From a virus (lineage: Duplodnaviria; Caudoviricetes), in the IMG/VR virus record IMGVR_UViG_3300044300_000899, positions 1-25,120 of that record: a stretch of DNA of 25,120 bases; one strand, given 5' to 3'. Under the pieces are notes generated by a model. It saw nothing but the letters and a program-made list of their open reading frames with translations. It was not told the origin of the DNA and did no database searches. Numbering within the stretch: the stretch's first letter is position 1; the number at the start of each line of letters is the position of its first letter. The translations under genes and the position numbers were made by a program. This document shows positions 6,259 through 15,871 of the stretch, piece by piece.

Positions 6259-7782
6259 TCATTTCGCTTCCAATGCAGCTACCTTAGCTGATAATTCTTT
6301 TACTGATTCAACCAACGCACCTATTAGACCACTGTATTGAAGTGATTTAGATCCTTCTGAACCATGAACAAGTTCAGGAAATACTTTTTCTACATCTTGA
6401 GCGATAACGCCCATTGATTTCATTCCGTTAGTTTTCCAAGTGAAGTTAATACCTCTAATTTGTTCAATCAAATCAAGTGGATTTTGAATCGTATTAATAT
6501 TATTTTTTAAACTAATATCCGATGTTTCAGTAACAGTTCCAGTAACTGCGATCCCCGATGTATTTGTATTTAGGCGAAGATTGTTATCCCAGTAGAGTTC
6601 ACAAGAACCATTTGCTGTTCCTATTAAATAATTTTCTCCATTTGCACTTGTTAGTTTAAGACTATCTCCTCTAATAAAGAAAATACCAGTATCATTTTTT
6701 ATTTCTGAATTTGTTGCATTATGGTATATTTTAAGATCTTGACCTGTGCCAAGTTCAATCATTCCATTGTCATCACAACGTAACCTAGTCGTACCCCAAG
6801 ACACACCTGTTGTAGTTGTCTCAAAATGTTTAGCGTTGTTGAAATAGAGTTCTACAGTTCCATTAGAATCAGACACGAAAGATTTTTTCGTACCATCTAA
6901 GCTATACATTTCAACTTGTGGACCATAAAACTTAGTTGTATGTCCTCCTACTGCACCAATAACATTACCTAAAGTATCAGAATGGTAAATCTGAAAATCT
7001 CCACTAGCTCCTAAATTTAACTTTGCATCATCTCCACCTTTATAATCTCCATTAGTTATATAAACACCATTACTTATAGTTTGTAGTTTCAAACTGTTGT
7101 CGTAATAGAGTTCTACTGCTGCATTTTCTGTAGCTTTAATCTGTATTTCACTATTAGCTTCATTAACAACTTTCCAAATAGCTGCTCTATTCTTTAACTC
7201 TCCTGTTCCAGATTGATGTAAGTATGAATGAGACCCATCATGGTAGATTTCTAGATCCGATCCAGTTCCGACTAATAACTTCTTATTATCTCCTAGATGA
7301 ATATGTTCACTACTTGTAAACGCATCGGTTGAATTTACCCAGTTAAATGTTTTATCTGTTGTTCCCTTAATTGTTATTCCACCACCATCGGCGAGAGAAT
7401 CAGAAGGTGAACTTACCTTCGCTAAAGTTATATTTTTATCCTCTACATCTAAATTAGTTGTGTTTATCGTGGTCGTGGTTCCGTTAACAGTTAGATTTGC
7501 ACTTAACGTGACATTTTGAGAACTATCTATTGCAATTGCAGATGCTCCACCGGTTACGAAATTAAGTGTATCTGAACCGCCGCTAATTCCTGAATTTTGA
7601 TCAGATAAAAAACTTAAACTTGGAGTAGCAACACTTCCATCGGGAATTTTACTTAATAGATTTGCGTAAGTAATCTTTTTATTCTTATCCGCACCTGATT
7701 CACTTTGATCAATTATTGCTAAAACGTCTGAGCTATCAGGAGCCGTTAAAGCAGTAAATTCTGAAATTTTGCGATTTGCCAC
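6259..7782 (-). CDS. Tail fibre protein with C-terminal intramolecular chaperone (peptidase S74)
   Basis: GTG start, N-terminal MANRKISEFTALT anchor, three internal repeats (DL.IYH ... ELY.DN..KL.T), and C-terminal SD..LK.NI...GVIAQDVE.VFPELV plus a coiled coil. Confidence 0.85.
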   Translation of the reverse strand: MANRKISEFTALTAPDSSDVLAIIDQSESGADKNKKITYANLLSKIPDGSVATPSLSFLSDQNSGISGGSDTLNFVTGGASAIAIDSSQNVTLSANLTVNGTTTTINTTNLDVEDKNITLAKVSSPSDSLADGGGITIKGTTDKTFNWVNSTDAFTSSEHIHLGDNKKLLVGTGSDLEIYHDGSHSYLHQSGTGELKNRAAIWKVVNEANSEIQIKATENAAVELYYDNSLKLQTISNGVYITNGDYKGGDDAKLNLGASGDFQIYHSDTLGNVIGAVGGHTTKFYGPQVEMYSLDGTKKSFVSDSNGTVELYFNNAKHFETTTTGVSWGTTRLRCDDNGMIELGTGQDLKIYHNATNSEIKNDTGIFFIRGDSLKLTSANGENYLIGTANGSCELYWDNNLRLNTNTSGIAVTGTVTETSDISLKNNINTIQNPLDLIEQIRGINFTWKTNGMKSMGVIAQDVEKVFPELVHGSEGSKSLQYSGLIGALVESVKELSAKVAALEAK

Positions 7783-7830
7783 AATTTAAACCAAAAGAAA
7801 CAACAGATTTTGTACTTAGTCTACGTAGGC

Positions 7831-8721
7831 TTAGTACTTAATGACAGGCAATAAAGCCCTATTTCTTGGTCTAGTCTCTGAGCTACCTGAATTTGTACTG
7901 TCGTTTTTAGTTCTCATCCTTTGACCAGTTCCTGTATTTGTTGATGTGGCATCATATGAAAAAACGCCCAGTTCTGTATATCCTCCTTGTGTTCTAACTT
8001 GGTCATCCCCGCCAAATTCATGTTGATGTGTTTTAAATTCATCGCCTTGAGGCGTGGCGAAATTACGACCTGAATCAACGCCTCTTCCGTTATCCCATCC
8101 TCTTACAAATTCACCTCTTAAATCAGGAACATTAAAAGTACTTGATCCATTACCACTTCCAAACACAGTTCCAAGGGCATCAAATAATTGAGAATAAGTT
8201 GTTCTACTAACCGCCGCACCATTACATTCTAAATAGCCAGTTGGGACAGTACTAGAACCAAACCAAAAAATTGATCCAGCCGGAACACCACCAACCCTTT
8301 CCCAACTTGTACCGTTATAAATTTCTTGTTGACTTAAGGTCGTATTCCATCGACTGTCACCCGTAGCAGGAGAGCCGGGGCGCTGCGCCGTTGTACCAAC
8401 AGGTAATTTTAAACGACCCGTAGAATTGCAAACAATATCACCGCCACTTGTAACCGTTCCAGTGAAGGTAGGAGAAGCAAGCGTCGCAAACCCCATATTG
8501 GCCGTATTACTAGAACCAAGAGTGACCCAACCGTTATTAGCTGTATTTCTAATTTTGATTAAATTATTACTCGTATCAATCCATAATTTGCCTGCAACTT
8601 TTGTTGTTGGTTCAGACGCCCCACTATTTGTCGACTGAATATCATCTAAGGCATTATTTAAATTTGCCCTAAAGTTTGCGCCGTTGGCGTTTTCAATGTC
8701 GAAATCGTGTGTGTTACTCAT
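7831..8721 (-). CDS. Tail fibre protein with phage tail collar domain
   Basis: The VPAGSIFWF....PTGYLECNGAAVSRTTYSQLF..LGT.FG.G.GS.TFNVPDLRGEFVRGWDNGRGVD and ETRPRN.ALL..IKY motifs define the tail collar domain. It lies directly after the J-like gene. Confidence 0.88.
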   Translation of the reverse strand: MSNTHDFDIENANGANFRANLNNALDDIQSTNSGASEPTTKVAGKLWIDTSNNLIKIRNTANNGWVTLGSSNTANMGFATLASPTFTGTVTSGGDIVCNSTGRLKLPVGTTAQRPGSPATGDSRWNTTLSQQEIYNGTSWERVGGVPAGSIFWFGSSTVPTGYLECNGAAVSRTTYSQLFDALGTVFGSGNGSSTFNVPDLRGEFVRGWDNGRGVDSGRNFATPQGDEFKTHQHEFGGDDQVRTQGGYTELGVFSYDATSTNTGTGQRMRTKNDSTNSGSSETRPRNRALLPVIKY

Positions 8722-11700
8722 TAGGAAGCCTCCTTACCAAAACCAGATGCAGCCCAAACAAAAGAACGAGCAACTGTACTTGAACCATTCTTAAATGTTA
8801 CTTGAAAACCAGTACGAGAGATACTAGCCAATTCATAAAAATCACCACTTTGAGCGTTGGTTTGTGTCACTACAACATTAGGCGTATCTTTAAACGGCTT
8901 TGTAAAACTAACTGTATAAGCAGAAGAACCAGTTGTAACAGGGGTTGATATGCTTTCTGTTCTACCTTGTAATTCTAAAAATGCACCTAATTCCGTAATA
9001 GCAATATTTTGATTTGTATCTGTGCTTGTTAGTTTTGCTTTAAATTGAAACGCTCGACCTCTTAGCAAAATATTAGAAAATTCTCTCCACGGCCCCCAAC
9101 TACTATTGTCATTTGACGCCCGTACATAGACTATTGCATTACACTTATCAGCACTTGTTGCGCCTGTTCCATCAATATCACCCCATGTATCAATTAAATC
9201 TGTTCGAGAATCCCATAAGCTATTAAGAATGTAAGAACTAGATTTAAGATTACGACGAATATTGACATCATAAACTTGTGTTAAATCAACAGACGTATTA
9301 AAAGCATATTCACCGCTTGCCGCTACGACGCCGCTAGTTTCTGTAAGTTTTAATGCATCTAAATCTGAATCATAAGTTGTTGTTGTTTTTGTACCTGCGA
9401 AATTACCTGTATGTTCATTTACTGTTTGAACTAATAAACGTTCTGAAGGCGCTGGTAAATCAATTGTAACCCTTGTATCATTCCAATCTGAATCGTTGCT
9501 ACCAGGTGCAGGTGACTCTCTCCCCCCATCATCACGGAATTTTAAAAGGTAAGTACCGGTCAAAAGTGGAACTTGTTTTTGTGTCTGGTTCCCTGATGCT
9601 GCAACAACAATTTCAGTTGAATCTTTCCATATTGCCCCAGTTTCTAATTCAGAATGTCTAATTAACACCTGACCACCTAACAAAACATCTTTTTCCGTTG
9701 CTCTATTCCAGCTAAGGATTGCGCTTGCTTCATCAATTGGGACAAGACTAACTCCAGAAACTTGTGCCGGTAATGCTGTTTTACCCTGAGCAATAAACGG
9801 GTTCAACTGGGCAGGAGTTGTTGAACGTAAACCCGATGCACTAATGCTATAAACTTCAATCGTGTAATTTCCATCAACAGTATCTAAAATTTCATATTGC
9901 TTTGATCCTTCAACTGTTCGAGATTCCCAATTGCCGCTGTCATACCTCCACCGAACGAGAACATTATCAGTTGATGTTGTCCAAGTAAGAATAATTTTTA
10001 CTCTTGCAATTCCTGTATTTTCATAAATAACCTCGGTACCATTTAAGCCAGTGGGAGATTCAGGCGGAACATTTAGATTAGTAATATCTCTTGTCGTTAA
10101 AGCAATTCCATCTTCTATATGTGCATATTTACCAGAATGATATTCAACACAAGACACCGCATAATTTGATTGTTCTTGTTCCTCGACTGATACAACTCGC
10201 CAAGTAGAAGTTTGAATATCGGTTGTTTGATAAACCCAAATTGAATTAGGATTTGGCGCCGAACTATAACCAGAACTAACTGTAATAACTCCAGAAGAAA
10301 TACTAGCTACATTTTTTGTTTCAACGGAGCCATCAGAAAGAACAACTGAAAGAGTTGGACTGCTTTCTATCGTTAACCCCGTAGAATCATCTATAGGTAT
10401 TTGAGTTGTCGTTGGCGTTGGTGATGCTTTAATTCTTCCTGATCTTCTTTCACCTGCTTTCATTTCATCAGCTATTTCTATGATTTGCCCCGGTCTTACA
10501 ACAACACCTGCATCAACTGAAGTAACAAAACTGCAAGTACTATTTTCAACGTGCGCCATATATAAAAGCCATTTTCCCAGTCTGACGGCCTGACCTCGGC
10601 TGGTACATGCAAAAGCTTCTACGTTTCGCACCGATGAACCATAGCGAGCAATGTTGGCGCTATCCTTTACTTCTTCAAAGGCATAATCTCTAAGTTCATT
10701 ATCAAAGTATTTAACGACTGCAACCGTTGGCCTTGTCTTTTGACTGCTATTGGAATATGTAAAACCCGGTTCTAATACATTTGAAATTGAGAATAAATAA
10801 CTTGAATCAGCTGGTGAGTCTTGAGTGATCGTCACCGCCCCGGCTGACCAATAAGACATAGCTCTAAAAACTGATGTCATTTCATTTATAACGGTATAAG
10901 CTTCTTTTGCTGTTTGAATATTGATGTTGCAAGTAAAACGAGGTTCAGTTGAACCTGTACCTGTCCCATCATCAACTTGCTCAGAACAATATTGACTAGC
11001 AGCGTAAAAAGAGAATTTATCTAAATTAGCTTCTTGTAAATGATCACCTAGCCCGAACCTTGAGCTTGTAAGAAGCGAATATAAACACCAAGCCGGATCA
11101 TTGGTATTAACAGCAGCGCCTAAAGTACCATTAAAAGTACCGCTATATGAAATTGATCCATCAGAATTAACACTCCCGTTATGAGGAATTTGAACTTTTA
11201 TTCCCTTAATTAAATATTTACGTTCGGGGATACTTGTAAATTGTTCTGCATCAACTCGCATTCCAACTAATGCAGTATTTGGATATGATCTCTTATCATA
11301 AATTATCTCCGTATATGTGTTCCACTGGAAAGCATTTGCTAATTTTGAACTTGTTGAATCATCTGTGATTCTAGTAACTTTAATATTTACAGGAAAATCA
11401 CCATCAAGGCGTATTAAATAATCACGTTGATATAAATCACCTGTTCTACCTGCAATTTTTCCGCTATCACCTGAAACTTTTGGTGAATAACTACCTCCGT
11501 TATATTGAACCTCTATTTGTAATTGAATCTGCGTTCCATAAATGTCACCCTTATCACTTAATCTTTGTAATAAAGGAACTGTAATTGTAACTTTTACAGC
11601 ATCAACATCTGTATCTGTAATTTGAACAACTCTTGTATCTGTTTTAGCAACAGTACTAAAGCCAGTAGATTTAACAGTTGATGTATTCTGAGTTAATGGA

Positions 11701-11987
11701 ATAAACGTTTGACTCGATGTTCCTGTCCTTTGCGCCCAACTTACATCTTTGAAGTTATAAGAACCATTAGCATTTTGTAAGGGTGTATTGTTTAAAAAAA
11801 TAGATTTTGCGCCATCAACTAGACCACCCGTTTCACCTTCTGAAATCAGGTCAAGAACTTTTGCAAATTGCTTAGAATCAAGGTTGTCTCTGGCTTCCGT
11901 AGGCGTATGACCGCCACCGCTGCCACCACCGCCACCGCCTTTTCCGCCACCGCCGCCACCTGAACCAATAACTTGTGTTGTTGTCAT
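8721..11987 (-). CDS. Tail tip / host specificity protein (lambda gpJ-like)
   Basis: 1088 aa with a Gly-rich N-terminus, DLISEG...GL, YPNTAL.G...DAEQF, NDPAWCLY, EPRFTCN and ACTSRGQA.R.GKW motifs, then FN3-like domains. Synteny M-L-K-I-J. Confidence 0.93.
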   Translation of the reverse strand: MTTTQVIGSGGGGGGKGGGGGGSGGGHTPTEARDNLDSKQFAKVLDLISEGETGGLVDGAKSIFLNNTPLQNANGSYNFKDVSWAQRTGTSSQTFIPLTQNTSTVKSTGFSTVAKTDTRVVQITDTDVDAVKVTITVPLLQRLSDKGDIYGTQIQLQIEVQYNGGSYSPKVSGDSGKIAGRTGDLYQRDYLIRLDGDFPVNIKVTRITDDSTSSKLANAFQWNTYTEIIYDKRSYPNTALVGMRVDAEQFTSIPERKYLIKGIKVQIPHNGSVNSDGSISYSGTFNGTLGAAVNTNDPAWCLYSLLTSSRFGLGDHLQEANLDKFSFYAASQYCSEQVDDGTGTGSTEPRFTCNINIQTAKEAYTVINEMTSVFRAMSYWSAGAVTITQDSPADSSYLFSISNVLEPGFTYSNSSQKTRPTVAVVKYFDNELRDYAFEEVKDSANIARYGSSVRNVEAFACTSRGQAVRLGKWLLYMAHVENSTCSFVTSVDAGVVVRPGQIIEIADEMKAGERRSGRIKASPTPTTTQIPIDDSTGLTIESSPTLSVVLSDGSVETKNVASISSGVITVSSGYSSAPNPNSIWVYQTTDIQTSTWRVVSVEEQEQSNYAVSCVEYHSGKYAHIEDGIALTTRDITNLNVPPESPTGLNGTEVIYENTGIARVKIILTWTTSTDNVLVRWRYDSGNWESRTVEGSKQYEILDTVDGNYTIEVYSISASGLRSTTPAQLNPFIAQGKTALPAQVSGVSLVPIDEASAILSWNRATEKDVLLGGQVLIRHSELETGAIWKDSTEIVVAASGNQTQKQVPLLTGTYLLKFRDDGGRESPAPGSNDSDWNDTRVTIDLPAPSERLLVQTVNEHTGNFAGTKTTTTYDSDLDALKLTETSGVVAASGEYAFNTSVDLTQVYDVNIRRNLKSSSYILNSLWDSRTDLIDTWGDIDGTGATSADKCNAIVYVRASNDNSSWGPWREFSNILLRGRAFQFKAKLTSTDTNQNIAITELGAFLELQGRTESISTPVTTGSSAYTVSFTKPFKDTPNVVVTQTNAQSGDFYELASISRTGFQVTFKNGSSTVARSFVWAASGFGKEAS

Positions 11988-12574
11988 GCTTCTACCTGTA
12001 CTGTGTCAATGGCTGCTGAAATAACAACAGATCCAACTAAAACTTCTGTCCCATAAACAACTGGAACAGCCACACCTGCTCTTGATGTGTTTTGAATCCC
12101 GCTAAAACTAAAACTTCGCCTTGGATCTTGTTCATTATCAGGAACAGTTGGAACAGGTGTTAAGAGGCCCGAAATACCGCTAAGAGCTAAAGTAGCACCA
12201 ATACCAAAAACAGTCTTAGCGACAAAAGTCGCATTAGCAAAACCTTTAGCAGCAATACCACCAGGCACAAAAACAGCCGCCGCAATTAAAGCAGCTCCTA
12301 AAATAGTTCGACCTACATTCCCGCCGGCACCTCCAACAACAGGAACGATTGATATTTCACTTTGACCCGTTGGGTAATGCAATTCATCTTTCTCAATTTC
12401 CCAACTTCCTGCTGATACCTTGTAATACTGATCAGCCATATGTTTTTCAATACCTTTAAAGTTGACGCATAAAAACCGAACGGCTTGAGCCGCGCTTGAT
12501 ACGTCGGCTTCTAAAACACGTTCACCAACAAATTTTGCTAACTGGCCGTATAGTTTTATTTTACGCAAACTCAT
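11984..12574 (-). CDS. Tail assembly protein (lambda gpI-like)
   Basis: IKLYGQLAKF N-terminus, ISIVPVVGGAGG, a hydrophobic Gly/Ala segment, and SFSFSGIQNTSRAG.AVPVVYG...VGSVVIS. Start probably the ATG at 12574. Confidence 0.9.
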   Translation of the reverse strand: MSLRKIKLYGQLAKFVGERVLEADVSSAAQAVRFLCVNFKGIEKHMADQYYKVSAGSWEIEKDELHYPTGQSEISIVPVVGGAGGNVGRTILGAALIAAAVFVPGGIAAKGFANATFVAKTVFGIGATLALSGISGLLTPVPTVPDNEQDPRRSFSFSGIQNTSRAGVAVPVVYGTEVLVGSVVISAAIDTVQVEA

Positions 12575-13268
12575 ACCGAATCCTCTTTCCAATACATTTT
12601 AATAGCCATTCGTCTAATAAATCACGACTAGACAAACGATTTTGTAAATGATGTAAAACCAATTGATTCCCTAAATAAAGGCCGATGTGATTTAAGCCAG
12701 GTGATCCAATACTCATTAATAGTAAATCATTTTTTGCTAATTCTTCTGTTGGTTGAAGTTCTCTAAAACCTGTAGAAACAAAAGAACGTTCAAAGGTTGG
12801 ATTTAATAAAAAAGCATCTGAACTTGTCGGTCTATCCCAATCCCTTAATGTAATTCCTAATTCTTCTTGGTAATAGTCACGGCATAAACTCCAACAATCT
12901 TGAACTGCCCAAGTCCACGTTCTACCGATTAATGGCGCTTTATATCCGCAAGGTTCATACTCAACCCATTGTTCTAAATTTGGTTGAATAACATACCATT
13001 TTAATTTTGTCTTTTCACAAGCAACTTTGTCGGCTTCTGATAATTGAGGTGATGTTGTTGGGTGGCTATGTATAACGGCTGTAATCTCTCCAGTATCTTC
13101 TGCTGCCGCCCAATCTCCGGGGTCAATAATAAACATATTTTTTGGCTGATCTGCCAAATTCTTACAAGCAAAATATTTTTCTTTGCCTTTAACAACAACT
13201 AATAAACCACATGATTCTCTTGGCTCTTGTTCTTTTGCGTGTGCTAACGCACTATCTTTCCAGGTCAT
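12561..13268 (-). CDS. Tail assembly protein (lambda gpK-like; JAB/MPN + NlpC/P60)
   Basis: PRESCGLL and HSHP...SEAD (JAB) followed by DCWSLCRDYY and NHIGLYLG...LHH (NlpC/P60). Confidence 0.92.
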   Translation of the reverse strand: MTWKDSALAHAKEQEPRESCGLLVVVKGKEKYFACKNLADQPKNMFIIDPGDWAAAEDTGEITAVIHSHPTTSPQLSEADKVACEKTKLKWYVIQPNLEQWVEYEPCGYKAPLIGRTWTWAVQDCWSLCRDYYQEELGITLRDWDRPTSSDAFLLNPTFERSFVSTGFRELQPTEELAKNDLLLMSIGSPGLNHIGLYLGNQLVLHHLQNRLSSRDLLDEWLLKCIGKRIRYEFA

Positions 13269-13903
13269 GAATAGAAAGTACCAACACCAGGGAAATCATC
13301 TGGCAAGACCTGCCGTTTAGGTAATCGAACACCTGCCAAATCAGCACTTGCGGCTAGTTCAAATTCAACGATCTCTCTGTTTTCAATAGATTTACGATCA
13401 ATATAAAAGATTTCAGAAGGGAATAAAGCCGTTGAATCTGGCGTTCCATGTGGGTTAAGGCTTTCTTCTTGTTTAATAACATCGCCGTCTTCTTGAACAA
13501 TAAAATCAACGGTACTATTTTCTGTAAGGATGGGATCAGTAGGAAAATTTGAATTGTCAATGTAACGAGCTAAAGTTCTAAGTCGGGTTACTTTTGCCCC
13601 TTCAAGCCCCATTGGAAGCGTTGCTAAAATTGTTGTAAAGGTTCCTAAAATATTACTAATCCTTATCGTTGGCCTTGGTAATTGTTTTGATTCATATGAG
13701 AAACCATCAGCTTCTATTGGCATCCTCAAATATTCAATACCACCAAACACAATTGATCGTCCATCGTCTTCACTAACCCCGTTATGAAACCGCCAAGTCA
13801 TTTGTGGTTGTGTTCCATGAATCGTTGAATCCAACTCCAAAACGAACAATTCAATAATTGCGCTTGGATTTATTTTTTGTAATTCAGAAACAGGAACAGC
13901 CAT
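13265..13903 (-). CDS. Minor tail tip protein (lambda gpL-like) lacking the Cys-rich C-terminal domain
   Basis: IELF.L, Y...PIEADGF, LPRPTI.ISN, GAKVTR.RTLARY.D..NF, F.IDRK..EN..IVEFELA, PKRQ and terminal FPGVG motifs. Located between the M-like and K-like genes. Confidence 0.9.
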   Translation of the reverse strand: MAVPVSELQKINPSAIIELFVLELDSTIHGTQPQMTWRFHNGVSEDDGRSIVFGGIEYLRMPIEADGFSYESKQLPRPTIRISNILGTFTTILATLPMGLEGAKVTRLRTLARYIDNSNFPTDPILTENSTVDFIVQEDGDVIKQEESLNPHGTPDSTALFPSEIFYIDRKSIENREIVEFELAASADLAGVRLPKRQVLPDDFPGVGTFYS

Positions 13904-13907
13904 TTAC

Positions 13908-14243
13908 TTATGCTTCAAATACTTGTTCAAAAGTGGCATTAATTGTTGTGCGTCCATATCGCGGCATATTGGTTGACCATGACCGACAAATATATTTTCC
14001 AGCGCTACCAATTGGCGGCGTCCAATCAAATGATTCAGTTCCGGCTCTTGCTTCTAAGAACGTAAGAATATTTCCACGTTCGGTATCATCACGTTCAGCA
14101 AAAATTAAATTCCAATTTTTAGGGTCACGATTAAGGCCGAATTGGATCCGATGTTGATATGACTCATTAAAAACTGTTGTTTGAACAACGGGTTGACTTT
14201 GTTGTGTAGCTGGAAAGCTAGGGGTGTATGAAAAGGTTGCCAT
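13908..14243 (-). CDS. Distal tail protein (lambda gpM-like)
   Basis: 111 aa with F...Y.HR...GLN, FL.AR.G.ESF.WTPP and INATFEQVF motifs. It follows the tape measure gene. Confidence 0.9.
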   Translation of the reverse strand: MATFSYTPSFPATQQSQPVVQTTVFNESYQHRIQFGLNRDPKNWNLIFAERDDTERGNILTFLEARAGTESFDWTPPIGSAGKYICRSWSTNMPRYGRTTINATFEQVFEA

Positions 14244-14245
14244 AA

Positions 14246-15871
14246 TTAAGCAGGGCTGAGAAGTCCACCGGGGCGTTTTTGTCTTACTAATTCTTGTGTC
14301 ACTGCGGCAGAAATAGCACGACCTAAAGCCGCTGCCTGTCCTTGATCACCTTGTACTTGTGATTGTCCTTTTGCATCAACATTAACAACTACGTTTGTAT
14401 TTCCTAGTTGGTGATTTGGTGTAATATTTCCGCTTGTTCTTGGTGTGAATATTTCCATTCCCCGTTCACCTACAAGATAACTTTGCCCGGCACTAACTGG
14501 CCCCCCCATTGCCCGACCTGAAATTGTATTAGTAAAAGTTGTTGGTGCTTTTTTGTTGAATAAGCTACTAAACCAATTAGAGAACGGCGCGGTTATTGTT
14601 TGTTGTATTGCGATCCTTGCCATATCTTTAATAATGCTATTTGCTAAATCACGAAAATTTAATTTGCCGCCCGTCACGAAATTAAGTAAGGCGTCTTCCA
14701 TCCCTTTGATACCTTTAATCACTACATCAGACATTGATTGACCAACAGACTTAATGGAATCATTAAACGTCTTTAATTTAGATTGCATTTGAGGACCAAA
14801 AGTTTCGCTAATCTCTGTTTTAAGTTTTGCGGCCTCTTTTGTTCCTTTTGCAAAATAAGATTCCGGCGTTTCTTCTGTGCCTGTAAATATTTCTTTAAAT
14901 GTTTCCATATCTTTTTTAAATTGATTTTGTGTATCACTTAAACCCGCTTTTGCTATATCTCCAGCTCCACTGAAATCAAACTTTGAAGCCTTACCTAATA
15001 TTCTAAAAATATCTGTAATTGTTCTACTTAGAAATCTAAAGGCAGCTATTAACGAAAAAACAGTTGCACTAATTACCTTTAATCCTCCTTCAATTACTTT
15101 AAATAACGCTTGCCAATCATTTTCCGACTTGAATAAATCAGAGAAAACAGCAATTAAATTATTTAACGTTGGTAATAGTGCATCTGCCAACTGCTTTCTA
15201 AACCCATCAAAACGAATTGCAAGAACCGCAATTTGATCATTGAAGAACTCTGCGTTTTGTGCAAAATTCTGGCTTGTCTCATAATTAAATTCTTCTAAGG
15301 CTACCTTTCCACCGTTTAATAAATTAATTAAATTCGCACCGGATCGACCAAATATTTCCATTGCGATCGCGGCCTTTGTTGCACCATCGGGCATTTCCCT
15401 AAAACGATCTGCAATTTCTCCCAATACAGTTTCGGAAGCCTTTAAAGATCCGTCTGATTTGGTAACGCTTATGCCTAACGCCTCGTATGAATCGGAATAA
15501 GTAGCAACGCCCTGATTCGCTTCTCGCATTGACTGAGCTAATCGCCTTAACCCTTTATCAATCGTTGCCTGTTCAACACCTGCTAATTTTCCAGCGTTTA
15601 CATAAGCTTGTAATTTATCTGCTGCTATTCCTGTTTGATCACTCATCTTTCCAAATGAGTCGGCGCTATCAATTGCACCTTTAACCATTGCAGCAAAGGC
15701 GCCGCCACTAACGGCAAGACCTAAAGCAGCAAAACCCCTATTAACACCCCTAAGACTTAAGCCAACATTCTTTAATTTCCCTTGTAACCCCTGCATGGAA
15801 TTTCCCATGCGCTTGATTGCCGCCGAACCTGACGTCTTAGCTGCAATTAATAAATTAAATTTAGCCGCCAT
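14246..15871 (-). CDS. Tape measure protein
   Basis: 541 aa, helical and Ala-rich, with A.EIFGRSG..L..LLN, a lambda-type C-terminal MEDAL.NFVTGGKLNFRDLANSII.D motif and RAMGGPV....YLVGERG.E.FTP. Confidence 0.92.
   Translation of the reverse strand: MAAKFNLLIAAKTSGSAAIKRMGNSMQGLQGKLKNVGLSLRGVNRGFAALGLAVSGGAFAAMVKGAIDSADSFGKMSDQTGIAADKLQAYVNAGKLAGVEQATIDKGLRRLAQSMREANQGVATYSDSYEALGISVTKSDGSLKASETVLGEIADRFREMPDGATKAAIAMEIFGRSGANLINLLNGGKVALEEFNYETSQNFAQNAEFFNDQIAVLAIRFDGFRKQLADALLPTLNNLIAVFSDLFKSENDWQALFKVIEGGLKVISATVFSLIAAFRFLSRTITDIFRILGKASKFDFSGAGDIAKAGLSDTQNQFKKDMETFKEIFTGTEETPESYFAKGTKEAAKLKTEISETFGPQMQSKLKTFNDSIKSVGQSMSDVVIKGIKGMEDALLNFVTGGKLNFRDLANSIIKDMARIAIQQTITAPFSNWFSSLFNKKAPTTFTNTISGRAMGGPVSAGQSYLVGERGMEIFTPRTSGNITPNHQLGNTNVVVNVDAKGQSQVQGDQGQAAALGRAISAAVTQELVRQKRPGGLLSPA

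Noticed and set aside
11908-11962. GC-rich CCG/CCA triplet tract as a repeat element
   Set aside because: It encodes the poly-Gly N-terminus that is usual for gpJ-like proteins.
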